This document shows, one piece after another, positions 36,244-49,899 of a stretch of DNA of 64,000 nt. The stretch is from Mobula hypostoma (Eukaryota). A model generated the notes under the pieces. The model was not told the origin of the DNA. It searched no databases and was given only the letters and a program-made list of their open reading frames with translations. How positions within the stretch are numbered: position 1 is the first letter of the stretch; each line of letters starts with the position of its first letter. The DNA lies in assembly GCF_963921235.1 (NCBI RefSeq), contig NC_086097.1, forward strand, positions 96,846,001 through 96,910,000, given 5' to 3'. A program made the position numbers and the translations under genes.

Positions 36244-36735
36244 AGCGGAAAGAGAAACCAATGTTCATGCCATCAGGTTGGAGGCTACCCAGAGGGAATG
36301 TAAGGTGTTGCTCTTCCACTCTGAGGGTGGCCTCATCTTGGCACAAGAGGACATACATGTCGGAAAAGGAATAGGAATGGGAATTAAAATGTTGGGCCAT
36401 CGGGAAGTTCTGCTTTTGGCAGATGGAGCAGAGGTGCTCAACGAAGTGCTCCCCCAGTTTTCGATGTGTCTCACCAATGCAGAGGAGGCCACATTGAGAG
36501 CACCAGATGTAGCAGCCAACCCCAGCAGATACTTAGGTGAAGTGTTGCCTCACCTGGAAGGACCCTTTGGGGCACATAATGGAGATGAGGGTGGAGGTGA
36601 AGGTGCAGGTGTAGTACTTTGGCCACTTGCAGGGATCAGTGCTGAGAGGGCGATTGGTGGGAAGGGGTGAATGGATATGGGAATCATGGAGGGAGCAATT
36701 CCTGCTGAAAGTGGCATTGTGTGTGTGTGGTGGGG
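36244..36735 (-). mobile_element. PLE GIY-YIG fragment
   Basis: Homologous to 23769-24300, but degenerate. Confidence 0.75.
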
Positions 36736-36789
36736 GAGTAAGACAAAGATTTGTATATCTTTTGTTTAGATATATTTCTTCTCATTCTA

Positions 36790-38830
36790 TTTTTCTTTCC
36801 TTTTTCAATCTTTTTATTGATTTTTTTTAAAGTGTGTATACAAACAGGAGGAGAATATCTCTGGTATATATGTCAATAACAGTACATACAGAAGGTAAAA
36901 TAAACAATATCAGAATCACACATAGTGTTGATCTTCAAAGTATGAATTTGATATAGAATGTATAATACAGAAAAAAGAATGTAATTCATTCTCCTCTTAC
37001 CAATTTATGAAGAAAGGAAAGACTATTAGAAATTTTTATGTTAAAAAAACCACTATTCTAAACAGAAAAAAAGGGCTGGGCAGGCCATCCTGAGAGAAAA
37101 ACCAAGAGAAGAGAGACACTCTGATCAAATCCAAGGTTCTGAAAAAATAGCTGGAAGAGAATCAGTACAAAAATCAGATCATATGAAAATATTGAATAAA
37201 AGGTCACCAGATTTCTTCAAGTTTAAAGGATGTATCCAATGTCGACTTCTTATTTTCTCTAGACTTAAACAGGACATGATAGAGGAAAGCCAATAAAAGG
37301 CGGTAGGAGAGTTAGGGTCCTTCCGTATAAGTAAAATACCTTTCCCAGCCAATAAGGTTGAAAAGGCTATCATCCACTGAGTGGAAGCAGGAGTATATCC
37401 TGCTTCCAATGGAATAATACCAAAAATAACTGTAAATAAATTTGGTTGAAAATCCAGATCCAGCACTTTTGATAAGATTTTAAAAACATCTTTCCAAAAG
37501 TTCTCCAACTTTATGCAAGACCAAAACATGTGAGTTAAAGTGGCCATCTGAGTATTACATCTATCACAAATAGGATTAATATTGGGAAAAATACAGGCTA
37601 ATTTATCCTTTGACATATGTGCCCCATGCACTACCCTGAACTGTATAAAGGAATGACGGGCACAAATAGATGAAGTATTTACCAGATGAAAAACTTTACT
37701 CCATTGACTATCTGAAAGTAACTCTTGAAATTCCAATTCCCAGGCAGCTTTAATTTTATCATTAGATATCATTCATAAATTCAATAACCTGTCATAAGGG
37801 GGTGGCTGGGAACGGACCCAAGTGCAAGACACAGACACTGAAGTACTAGGGACGAGACTAGTGTACAGGGTGAGGGCTAGTACATGGACACAAAAACCAG
37901 GAACTCGGAACTGGACAGGACAAGAGAGCTAGGAGCCAGGGCTTAGACTCCGAGCCAGAGACTGGACAAGGACCCAGAACCTGGGTCTTGCCCCTGGCTC
38001 GGACCCCAGAACTAGGCAAGGACATGACTTAGCTGGCAGGCAGGATGAGGCTGGAGTCTTGAGACTTGCGGCAAGGCCCAAGACCAGAGGCGAAGCTTGA
38101 GACTTGAGACCTGAAGCTCCTCCTGGGCAGGGCGCAGATCTCCACCCAACAGAGGCAAGGGACAGGAAGGGACAGAACCCACCACAGGGTAACAGCAATC
38201 TGGCCTGGCTTACCCGACGGAGGGAAGGGACAGGAAGGGACAGGACTCACTGCAGGGTAATGGCAATCTGGCCTGGCTTACTTGACAGAAACAAGGGACA
38301 GGAAGGGAGCTAGGTACAGGGTGGCTCCAAGACAAGACTTCAGGCGAGACGAGGCGAGAGTTACCAGCAAGACAAGGCAAGGCTTCAGGCAATGCAAGGC
38401 GAGACAAGAACTTCAGGCGAGGCGAGAGTTACCGGCAAGACAAGGCAGGGCTTCAGGCGAGGAAACAGAAGGCAGGGGAACGGATACAAGGAGTAAGGAC
38501 AAGAATAATCCAGCAGCCATGCCCTGGTCTCTGGAGGTATTTATGCAGCCGGTCCCAAAGAGAATCAGCTGCCTCAATTAGTACTCAACAGGAACAGAAA
38601 CAGGGTAGACAGGAAAACCTGGAGCAAGGGTCGATGGACTGGACCGTGAACCAGAAAGCAGACTTCACGGACTGGACCATGACAAAACCATTTATAAATT
38701 GTAGGTATTAATCCTTTTTGGAGTGGTTTAACCTGGAAGAGGGTATCTATTATATTAGATGGATAAGCGGAGGGATAATTTGAAAGCAAAGTACGTAAAA
38801 AATTCCTAATTTGTAAATATCTAAAATAGT
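36790..38830 (-). mobile_element. L1-clade LINE 3' end (ORF2 C-terminal zinc-binding domain), split by an LTR
   Basis: YFRYLQIRNFL and CDRCNTQMATLTHMFWSC, with AATAAA and an A-rich tail on the minus strand. Confidence 0.85.
37790..38684. mobile_element. Solo LTR-like element with internal tandem repeats; imperfect 5-bp TSD
   Basis: taacc|TGTCAT...ATGACA|aaacc. It interrupts the L1 reading frame. Confidence 0.75.
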
Positions 38831-41749
38831 GTACATCCCGACGAAGGGTTCCAGCTCGAAATGTCGACCAATCTTTTCCACGGATGCTGCCTGACCTGCT
38901 GAGTTCCTCCAACATGTTGTGAGTGTTCCTTCAGGTATTGTTGCATCAACAACCTTCAGAACAGATGCTTGTGTCAGTTTTAGAACGTGAACTGTGCTGA
39001 GACTTCTGGTACTTAATACACCCTGGATGAATTTTTCCCCAAATCCCTGTTGTAAATTGAGGATGTGAATGGAGGAATTGGACTCCTGTGATGAAGAGAC
39101 AATTATTAGTGGTAAGAAATGGCAAGGCTGCCCAGTGGCACCATAAACAGAGCTGCAGGGACCCTGGTCACCGGTGCTACAGAGTGGACGTTGCCCGGTT
39201 GCACCAGGTGCACTAATTTACCACACTCCCACCACCCACCCCTCCTCTACGTCCCAAAGACGTGTGGGTTGATAAACTGGCTGCTGCTTGTTACTGGAAG
39301 AATGAATCAAAGGGGGAGTTGATAGGCATATGTAGAGATGAGACAGTTACAGTGTTACAGGAAAAAAGAGTGGGGAATGGATTTAATGGGATTGCTCCCC
39401 TAAGAGTTGGTCTCCTGTAGCATTAAAGTTGCTGGAGACCTACCAGGTTAAGATGGAAAAGGGAATGGAGCTGGGATATGGATTCACACAGAGTGGGAGA
39501 GAGTGAGGTGCCAAATGAAGACAGGGGATAAGATGGCTCCCATGTACAATCAGGGCTTCATTTAAACCATACAGCAAGTGCTGAGAATGGACGCATGAGC
39601 ATGTTCTTCAGCTGCTCCCTGAACTTTGTCTGGGTCATCACATAAATACAGGTGTTGGTGCAGGAGTTCAGAAGCTGCAGCATGTAACCAGTTTGTTCAG
39701 TGATGTAGTTTGGGTTGTGGACATCAGTGAAATCATTAACTCCAGCAATCCACCAGTAGAAAAAAAATCCAATGTTTGTCATCCATAGGAGTATAAAGCT
39801 GCCCGTTATGGTGAAGAGTAAAACAATGGATTTCCTCCGTTTCTCCATCTCTGGGTCAATGTGATCTTCATTACCACTGCATTGCTGTAGCCTCCTCCGA
39901 ACTCTGCCCGTCACTATAATGTGTCTGACTGTCAGAGCGTTGAGTAGTAGAATCAGGATGAATGGAACAAAAAGGGTTAAAATGACAGAGAGACAGTCAG
40001 CCAGGTGGTTTCAGTGTAATAGGTGGATGGCACGACCCCACCCCAAGATACATTGTCAACAATATACTCTGGTTCGTATATGAAATACCAAGGGATGCTC
40101 TTCAGGCTGAATATCACGCTCACTGTTGTTAAAACCACTGTTGCCATTTTCACAGTGCAATATCTTGTTCTCAGCTTCTGACAACAGATTGCAACAAATC
40201 GATCAAAGGTGAAGGTGACGGTGAACCAGACAGAGATATCAGTGGCTGCAGAGAGCAGGACGAGGGTGAGAGACATTGCAGGAGTGGTGTCCATGTAAGT
40301 TCCCGGAAAATGAAAGGGAATAACCGTGTACAGTAACACATCGGTGAAAACAATCATCAGATCCGCTGTCGCCATGGCCGCCAGGTAGAAGGTGATGCAC
40401 TGGGAGAGTCCGCACTTTCCTTGGGACAGGATCAGAATGGCCATCAAGTTAACTGAAACAATAACTACCATTAGCAAGGAGGGACAGGAGCCTGAAGATA
40501 CACTCTCAATGATTCAGGAACAGTTTCTTCTCCTCTGCCATCCAATTTCTGAATCGAAACTGAACCCGTGAACACTTCCTCAAAGCATTCTCTATTTTTT
40601 TGCACTACTTATTGTATTGAACTATTTCACATATATATATTATTGCATTGTACTGCTGCCACAAAGTGAACACATTTCACGACATGTGCTGGTGTTATTA
40701 AACCTGTTTCTGATTCTGATTCTGACTTTTTTTCGATTTCTCCTGGATCACTCATTCCCGACCTTGTTCCAAACATATTCTGCATTCCAAAGGGAAGTAT
40801 GGATGACGGGCCTGATCTTACTGAGTGTAATATTGAGGTTCTGTGGTAGACCTGAGGTCAATGGGCATCAATGGGAAGGACTCTACTCTGCAGAGTCACA
40901 TTACCTCACACTCTGGAAGTTTATGTTCCATCTCATTTTCTGACAACTTCCAGCTTGCTCACACTTGTACTTGGTGCATCCCTAACCATTCCTTTTCTCC
41001 ATCTCAGGGGAAAGACCAATACTCATTACAGTCCAGTAGACTCCTAGAGCTACCTTAACGATATCTCACTCAGCCTGCTTCCTGTAAAGGCTCCATTCCA
41101 TCCTCCCAGTTACTCCGTTGTCTCTTTTGTATCTGTTCTGGTGATGATACCTCCCACACGAGTGTTTTTATGATATTTTCACCCATCCTCCACGATTGTG
41201 TGCCCTCTCCCAAGACGACAGGCTTCTCTCCTCACCCACTACGTACATTGCACCCCGCCCTCTCTGCCACCCGGTCTAAGTGTAACCATACCCTGTATTT
41301 CCCTTCCTCCACTACCACATTCAATGGGTCATTTTCCATAAATTCTACCACCTTTCCTCCCCCCTCACCTTCATTTAGGGCCCCAAACAGTCCTTCCAGG
41401 TGAAGCAACACCTCACCTGCAAGTCCATTGGGTTTGTCTACTGTATCTGGTGCTCCCGATGCGGCCTCCTGTACATTGCTGAGACCTGACGTAAACTGGG
41501 CGATTACTTTGTTGAGCACCTTCGCTCCATTCATAACAAGCAAGATTTCCTGGTGGTTAACAATCTTAATTCCAATTCCCGTTCCCATTCCAACATGTCA
41601 GTCCATAGCCTTCTTTATTGCCACGATGAGGCCACACTCTGGTTGGAGGAACAACAACTAATATTCCGTCTTGATAGCTTCCAATTTGATGGCATGAACA
41701 CTGATTACTCAAACTTCCAATTATGCCACAACTCTCCCCCAAACCTTCA

Positions 41750-41930
41750 TCATTCCCCATTCCCCATTCCCCATTCCTAATTCACCATTCCCCATTCCCC
41801 ATTCCCCATTCCTAATTCACCATTCCCCATTCCCCATTCACCATTCACCATTCCCCGTTCCCCATTCCCCATTCCCCATTCCCCATTCCTCATTCACCAT
41901 TCACCATTCCCCATTCCCCATTCCCATTTC
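41750..41930. repeat. (CCATTC)n-type microsatellite
   Basis: Repeated cattccc/cattcac units. Confidence 0.9.
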
Positions 41931-42152
41931 ACACTGTCACCTTATCTCCTTACATGCCTATCAGCTCCCTCTGCTGTTCCTCACCAATTCTTTCTTCCAT
42001 GGCCTTCTGTCCTCTGCAATAAGATTCTCCCTTCTCCAGCCCTGTATCTCTTCCCAGCTCTGTACTACCCCTCTCTCCCCACTCCCTGTTTCACCTTGTG
42101 GTTCTTCCTCCCGTCCCTCCACCTTTTTAGTCTGACCTCTCACCCTTTTCTC

Positions 42153-42190
42153 CAGTCCTGAAGAAGGATCTCAGCTTGAAACGTCAACTG
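42153..42190 (+). ncRNA. Hammerhead ribozyme-like motif
   Basis: cagtc-CTGAAGA-aggatctcagctt-GAAA-c-GTC-aactg, with weakened stems. Confidence 0.6.
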
Positions 42191-42884
42191 TTAACTCTTT
42201 TACATAGATACTGCCCGAATTGCTGAGTTCCTTCAGCATTTTGTGTCTGTTGCTTCAATTTCAACAGATCTGCCTCTCTAGTCTCCTATTTTCTAACCCC
42301 GATCTCTCATTCCAAGCATTTTCTTCAGTTGGTCATTTCATCTCTTCTTCATCTCCTTCCACTGGCATCTTCCACAGGCAAACCCACTGTTTTTCACCAG
42401 TGTTTCCCACAGATTTCAGTAATACTCCCAACCCTTGTGTCACCACTCAATCCTGAAATTCAGACAAGCATACATGTCTCTTGTAATAAAAGCAAAGGTT
42501 ATTGGAAACACTGAGCCACTCAGGTAACTTCTGTACAAACAGACACACAGTTAACATTTCAGTCCCATGACCCTGTCGTTCTCTATCCCACTCTGGACTT
42601 TCTGCCTTTGATTCCTGACGCTATTTCAACATGAGCACACAGAGCTCTTCTTTGCCCTTTCTCTGCCTTTCTCTCCTTCCTGAACAATTTAAAACACATT
42701 TGTTTCTAATTTATCCCCTTTTTTGGTGGATGATCATCACCATGTATTACTATTCCTGCTTCACGATCGCTGCCTGACCTGCCGAATATTTCCAGCATTT
42801 TCTGGTTTAGCTTCATGGAGATAACTGGGTGGATTGTGGGGTTGGATCTGGGGGGTTATGATGGTGAAGAATGATTAGATTCTG

Positions 42885-43155
42885 GGTGACAGGGTAGCAT
42901 GGTGGTTAACACAATGTTTTACAGATCCAGTAACCAGGGTTCAATTCCCGCTGCTGCCGATAATCTGCAATCTCCCCGTGACTGTGTGAGTTTCCTCCGG
43001 GTTCTCCCCTTTCCTCCCACTGTTCAAAGACGTACTGACTGGTAGGTTAACTGGTCATTGTAAATTGTCCCTACATTAGGCTAGAATTAAACTGAGGGAT
43101 TACTGGGTGGTGTGTCTCAAAGACCGGATGAGATTTTATCTGAACAAATAAATGT
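42885..43155 (+). mobile_element. V-SINE/HE1-like tRNA-derived SINE
   Basis: B box GGGTTCAATTCC and central domain tctccccgtgactgtgtgagtttcctccggg...cctcccac...aaagacgt...ggttaactgg..tgtaaattgtccc. Confidence 0.75.
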
Positions 43156-44361
43156 ACGGACATATATAACCGGTGAAAAACATCGCAGGGAGCCAATGAG
43201 TTGGTGATCATAGGAGTGGAGTGGTTGGAGGTTGAACACTGGCAGCAGATTTATGAATAGCCTTTTTTATGGAAGGTAGGAGAAGGGTTGAAACAGGGTG
43301 GGCAATTCTAAAGGGGGCAAGCAGAGGGAATAATAGCAGAGGGGATTTTTCAGGGGTAGAGTGAAAACATGCCACTGCTGAGAGAACACAACAATGAGTT
43401 ACATGCCCCTGTACAGGATGACAGCTCAAGAGCTGAAGATTTATTTTCCAAACATACAACAAAATGTATTTGGCTACAATAGGTTGGCTTACCAGGAATT
43501 CCCACAGCCGCGAGAACAGGTAGTAAATGTCTTCTAGCTGATGGAGTATTGTTGCCTCACGCATTTTCTGTAGAAGGTAATTCCACCGGTGACAGAAGGA
43601 AGGCTCCGTCTGATTACAGGACACAACCAGAGGAGCTGTACATTTATTTTAGAATAAAATTCCCTTGGGATTATTCAGTTACATCATTATTAATACTAGT
43701 TATGCTTCATAGAACAAAGCTGCACAGAAAATATAAATAGAATTCACCATAGAATCATTTGTCATTAGTTACAGTATATAGAATCTCAAGACAAGATATT
43801 CATGGAAAATACTTTTCAATATTAATGATACGCCAAGACAATTGCTTGTCTTTCTTGAATATGTTCCTCTGTTACGCCCTTTCCATGTAATATTAAATGA
43901 TAACTATATGTAGATGCTTTTTGACAATGCTACCCAATACAAGAGTTAACACAACTATTTTTTCTGATAAAACAATGGAAAATTTAAATACTCAGCAAGT
44001 CTGAGAGAAAAATATAAAATTAATGCTTCCCATTCTGTGCACCACAGATTTGGAGGAGATGTAGAATTGTGCATAATTTGGTTCTTGGCAAGGACCAATG
44101 AAACTAAGTTAGGTTGAAATGGAGTGGATATTTTGGGAGTGGCCATTGTGTGAGTGGGTCAGTGTTAGAGTGGAGAATTCAGGCTTTTTCTCATAGAAGC
44201 TTTAGCAAGAAGAGGCAATGTCAGCAGGTAGATCTTTTTCTGTTAATTCTTTTCTTTCTATTTTATTGCACAGTTTGAGCACCGGGGATGCAGGGCAGTA
44301 TAATGGAATGTTCCTCCCGTAGGATGTCAGATTGTTCCTGATGACTTCATCTGCAAGAAGT

Positions 44362-44684
44362 TCAAACCACTTTTGCTATTTCCACAGTGCAATATCTTGT
44401 TCTCACCTTCTGACAACAGATTGCAACAAATCGATCAATGGTGAAGGTGACAGTGAACCAGATACAGATATCAGTGGCTGCAGAAAGTAGGACGAGGGTG
44501 AGAGACATTGCAGGACTGGTGTCCATGAAAATTCCTGGGAAATTAAAGGGAATAACCGTGTATTGTATCATGTTAGTGAAAATAACAATCAGATCTGCCA
44601 TTACCATGGCCACCAGGTAGAGGGTGATGCAACTGGAGAGTCCATAGTTTCCTCAGGACAGGATCAGAATGACCATCATGTTAA
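44362..44684 (-). pseudogene. Truncated second GPR139-like exon 2 (TM1-TM4)
   Basis: Acceptor tttcttcAG, an early TGA, then MVMADL...FTIDRFVAICCQKVRTRYC. Close paralogue of 40130-40452. Confidence 0.85.
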
Positions 44685-44774
44685 CTGAAGAAATTGAAAG
44701 TGAGGATGGTAATATAGGAGTCTCAGAACATGACCTTGTCTGATGGATGTGATTTAGCAGTGTAACAGCTCTCA

Positions 44775-45770
44775 CTTCTCTGCATTAAATTCCATCTGCC
44801 ATTTTTCAGCCCATTTTTCCAGGTGATGCAAATCTCTCTCCAGGAGATTATAGCCTTCCTCGCTGTCCACTACACCCCCAATCCTGGTATCATCTATAAA
44901 TTTGCTGATCCAGTTGAGCACATTATTATCCAATCAGTGATGTAGATGACAAACAACAACGGACCCAGCACCGATTCCTGCTGCACACTATTATTCATAG
45001 GCCTCCAGTCAGAGAAGCAATCACCTCCTACCCCCTCTCTGGCTTCTCCCACAAAGCCAAGGTCTAATCCAATTTACTACCTCATCTTCAATGCCAAATG
45101 ACTGAACCTTCTTGATCAACCTTCCATGTGGGACCTTGTCAAATGCCTTGCTAACGTTCATGTAGACAACATCCACCGCCCTTTCTTCATCCACTTTCCT
45201 GGTAACTTCCTCGAAAAGCTCAATAAGGTTGGTTAGACACAAACAAACACGCGCAAAGCCATGCAGACTATGCTAAATCAGTTCATGTTTATCCAAATAT
45301 TTCTATATCCGGTCCCTGAGAATACTTTCCAATAACTTTCCCACAACTAATGTCAGACTCACTGGCCTATAATTTCCTGGTTTATGTTTAGAGGCTTTCT
45401 TAATCAGTGGAACAAAATTGTCTATCATCCAATCATCTGGTCCCTCTCCTGTGGCCAAACATCTCTGCTCGGGCCCTGACAATTTCTGTACTTGCCTCCC
45501 ATAGGGTGCACCTCGACAGGACCTGGTGACTTATCCACCCTGATCTGCCTCAGGGTAGAAAATACCACCTTCTCTGTGATCCGTACAGGGTTCATGAAGT
45601 TGATGTCATTTGCCTCACTTCTATAGACTCCGTGTCCGTCTCCCATATAAATACAGTTATAATAAAATTGGTTAAGATCTGCCGCATCTCTTTTGGCTCC
45701 GCACATGGATTACCATTCTGAGTTTCCATTGGTCTAATTTTATCCCTTGCAGTCATTTCGTGGACCATGT
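44775..45770 (-). mobile_element. Degenerate CR1 RT fragment
   Basis: CLTNLIELFEEVT...[13 protein letters not shown]. Confidence 0.85.
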
Positions 45771-45779
45771 AGGTATCAA

Positions 45780-48700
45780 CGATGTAGGTAGAATGAAGAA
45801 AGGATTCTGCTGAGGAAATTTGAACCACTAGATACTAAATTGAAAAGCAGAACCAAAAAGGTGGTTATCTCAGGATTACCACCTGAGCCATGTGCAAATT
45901 GGCACAGGTTTAAAAAGATTAGAGAGTTCAATGCGAGGTTCAAGGATTGATGTGGGAGAAGTGGGTTTGAATTCATGAGAAACTGGCACCAGTATTGGGG
46001 AAGGAGGGAGCTGTTCCACTGGAACGGGCTCCACCTGAACTGTGACGGGACCTGGATCCTGTCAAATCACATAACTAGGGTTGTGGATAGGGCTTTAAAC
46101 TAAATAGCAGGGAGTGGCTTCAATAGATTGAAGAAGTATGAGTAAAGAAAAAGAGAAAAGTGTGGATAAAGATAAAGTAAAAGCAAAAGTTAAAGAAGAG
46201 AAAAGTAAAGGTGGAATGCAGAAAAGTCAAGTGCAAAAGAGACAAAGATTAGTAGATTCTAAAGGGGCAATGAGTGTAAGGGCACTTTATCTGAAAGTCC
46301 ATAGCATCCATAGCAAGGTCAGTGAACTTGTGGCACAAATCAGTATAAAGGAATATGAATTAGTGGCCATTACAGAAGTGTGGTTGCAGGGTGGAGAGGA
46401 TTGGGAATTAAAGATCCAAGGATATCAAGTAATACGGAAGGATAGGCAGGAAAGTAGGGGAGGTGGGGTAGCACTCTTAATTAAGGATGAGATCAGGACA
46501 TTAGTAAGAGATGATACAAGATTCAAGGAGCAGAATTTTGAATTCATCTTGGTAGAGATTAGGAATAGTGAAGGGGAAAACATCACTGTTGGGAGTTGTC
46601 TATAGGCCATCAAATAATAACATTACAGTAGCACAGGTAATAAAACTGAGAAATATCTGAGGCATGTAAGAATGGAACAGCAGTTGTCATGGCGACTTTA
46701 ACTTGCACATAGATTGAGTGAATTAAGTTGGTCGAGGCAGTCAAGAGGGTGACTTCATAGAGTACATAGGTGATAGTTTTCTTGAATAATATGTTACTGA
46801 ATCTTCAAGGGAACATGCCATCTTGGATCTGCTCCTGTGTAATGAGACAGGTAAAATTAGCAATCTTACAGTTAGGGATCCTCTCGGAAAGAGTGATCAC
46901 AGTATGACTGAGTTTCTTATAAAATGGAGGTTGCAATAGTTTGATCTAAAATCAGTGAATTATGCCTAAGCAAGGGAAAATACAACAGGATGAGGCAGAA
47001 GTTAAATAGGATACACTGGGAACACAGGCTATATGGTGGGATGGTTGAGGAACAGTGGAAGACTTTCAATAAAATTTTTTACGGTGCTCAGCAAAAAGTA
47101 TATTCCAGTTAAAAGTAAGGACACTAAGGTGGGGAGAGCCAGCCTTGGATAACTAAGGAAATAAAGGAAGGCATCAAACTGAAAACTCATTCTTACAAAG
47201 TGGTCAAATGTAGTGGGAAAGTGGAAGTTTGGGAAAACTTTAAAAAGTAACAAAGAACCATTAGGCAAGCAATAAAGAAAGGGAAGATAGATTATGAAAA
47301 TAAATGAGCATAAAATATAAAAATGGTTAGTAAAAGTTTTATAATTATATAAAGATGAAAAGAGTGGCCGACTTGAACATTGGTCCTTTGGAGAATAGGA
47401 AGTCGGAATTGATATTGGGTAATGAGGAAATGGCTGTGGCTTCACGGTGGAGGACAGTTAGCTTAATATCTGTCGTTGGGAAAATGCATGAAGCTATCAT
47501 TAAAGTACAAATAGTGAGGCATTTGGAAAGAAGTGGATCCATCATCCAGATGCAGCATGGATTCAGCAAAGCCAGGTCCTGTTTGACAAACTGACTGGAG
47601 TTCTTTGAGGATAGAACAAGCACAGCGGAGACAGGGGAACAGATGGAAATTATTTACCTGGATTTCCAGAAGCTGTTTGACAAGGCGACACATAAAAGAC
47701 TTATCCATAAGATAAGAATGCATAGAGTTGGGGGTGCAGTATTAGTATGGATGGAGGATTGGTTAACCAATAGAAAGCAGAGTGTTGGGGTACATGGGTG
47801 TTTCTCTGGTTGGCAAAAAGTGGTGATCAAACCACAAACAAGAGAAAATCTGAAGATGCTGGAAATCCAAGAAACACACACAACAGATTGAGGAGAGAGA
47901 ACCACCAGGTGATGGTGGAACCTGGAGGGGCAGGGATGAAGTAAAGATCTGGGACATTGATTGGTGAAAGGGTCAGAAGGCCAAGGAAGAAAGAAAACGG
48001 GGGAAGGAGCACCAGAGGGAGATGATGGGCAGGCAAGGAGATAAAGTGAGAGAGGGAAAAGGGGATGGGAAATGGAGAAAGGGGTGGTTGGGGGGCATTA
48101 TCAGAGGTCTGAGACGTTGACGTTCATGCCATCAGGTTGGAGACCACCAAAGTTGAATATAAGTTGTTGTTCCTCCAACCTAAGTGTAGCCATATCATGA
48201 CAGTGGAGCAGAGTATGGATAGACATATCAGAATAGGAATGAGAAGTGGAATTAAAATGGGTGGCCACTGGGAGATCCCACTTGTCCTGGTGGATGGAGC
48301 ATAGATGCTCAGCGAAGCGATGAACAAGAGGCCACACCGGGAGCATGAACTCACAGGTGAAGTGTCCCCTCATCTGGAAGGACTGTTTAGGGCCCTGGGT
48401 GTTCATGAGGGAGGAAGAATAGGGGCAGGTGCTGCACTTGTTCCACTTGCAAGGATAAGTGCCAGGAGGGAGATCACTGGGGAGGGACGAATGGGCAAGG
48501 GACTCATGTAGGCAGCATTCCCTGTGGAAATCAGAAAGTGGGGAAAGGGGAGGGAATAATGTGCTTGGTGATGAGGTTCCACTGGAGATTGCTGCAGTTA
48601 AAAGAAATTATGTGTTGAATGCAGAGGTTGGTGGGGTAGTAGGTGAGGATAAGAGGAACCCTATCCCTGGTAGGGCAACGAAAGGATGGGGTAACAGCAG

Positions 48701-49875
48701 ACACGTATGAAATGGAAGCGATGCAGATGAGGGTAGCGTTGATGGTGAAGGAAGGGAAACACATTTCTTTGAAAAAGGAGGACATCTCCTTCTTTCTAGA
48801 ATGAAAAACCTCATCCTGAGAGCAGATGCGATGGAGACGAAGGAATTGAGAAAAGGGGATGGTATTTTTACAAGTAGTAGGTTGGGATGAATTGTAGTCC
48901 AGGTAGTTGTGAGAGACCGCAGGTTTGTAATGGACATCAGTGAATAAGCTGCCTCTAGAGATAGAGACAGTGAGAATGATGAAGGGAAGGGAGGTGTCAG
49001 ACATGAGCGAGATGAATTTGAAGGTAGGGTGGAAGTTGGAGGCAAAGCAGATGAAGTTTACGAGTTCAGCACGGGTACATGAAGCAGCACCAATGTAGTG
49101 GTGTGTGGTGTGCCACCAAGGTCGGTGCTGGGCCTGTAACTGTTCATGATATACATTAATGATCTGGAAGAAGGGACCACGTGTAGTGTGTTTACGTTTG
49201 GTGATGACACTAAGCTTAGTGGAAAGCAAGTTGTGCAGAGGATATGGAGAGTCTACAGAGAGATATACATAGGTTAAGTGAGTGGACAAGGGTATGGCAG
49301 ATGGAGTATAATGTTGATAAATGCAAGATCATCCACTTTGGAAGGAAAAATGGAAGATCAGATTATTATTTAAATAGTAAAAATTTGCAGCATGCTGCTG
49401 TGCAGAGGGACTTGGGAGTGCTTGTGCATGAATCACAAAAGGTTGGTTTGCAGGTGCAGCAGGCTGTCAAGAAGGCAAATGGAAGGTTGGCCTTCATAGC
49501 TAGAGGGATTAAATTTAAGAGCAGGGAGGTTATGCTGCAACTGTACAGGGTACTGGTGAGGCCACACCTGGAGTACTGTGTGCAGTTCTGGTCTCCATAC
49601 TTGAGGAAGGATATACTGGCTTTGGAGGGAGTGCAGATGAGGTTCACCAGGTTGATTCCAGATATGAGGGGGTTAAATTATGAGGAGAGATTGAGTCACC
49701 AGGGACTGTATTCACTGGACTTCAGAAGGATGAGAGGAGATGTTACGGAAACAAATAAAATTATGAAAGGGATGGATAAGATAGAGGCAGGAAAGTTGTT
49801 TCTACTGGTGGGCGAGACTAGAACAAGGGGGCGTAGCCTCAAGATTTGGGGGAGTAAATTCAAGATGGAGATAGG
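45780..49875 (+). mobile_element. Degenerate CR1 (ORF1 end, APE, RT), split by a PLE at ~47830-49097
   Basis: VAITEVWL, YLDFQKLFDK and ORF 49244 (RPHLEYCVQFWSP). agtggtg is repeated on both sides of the insert. Confidence 0.85.
47830..49097 (-). mobile_element. PLE fragment (RT C-terminus + GIY-YIG)
   Basis: FASNFHPTFKF, DVHYKP...YLDYNSSQP...IPFSQFLRLHRICS and LEEQQLIF. Confidence 0.85.
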
Positions 49876-49899
49876 GTGCTCCCCATGCAAGGCTCATTC

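Larger units (their letters stand above)
41085..42270 (+). mobile_element. Degenerate PLE (GIY-YIG + pLTR) with an expanded microsatellite
   Basis: HDEATLWLEEQQLIFRLDSFQFDGMN, with a hammerhead-like motif at 42153-42190. Confidence 0.8.
39558..43564 (-). pseudogene. GPR139/GPR142-like class A GPCR pseudogene, two exons (43493-43564 and 39558-40452)
   Basis: Exon 1 MREATILHQLEDIYY[-1 nt]VLAAVGIP|GTAAG. Exon 2 tttcAG|..NLMAILILSQGKCGLS..MATADL..FTFDRFVAICC..NSCTNTCIYVMTQTKFR. A second frame break lies near 39985. Confidence 0.85.

Noticed and set aside
38837..38870. Hammerhead-like motif CCGACGA...GAAA
   Set aside because: The core U is mutated and stem I is missing, so it is an inactive PLE remnant.
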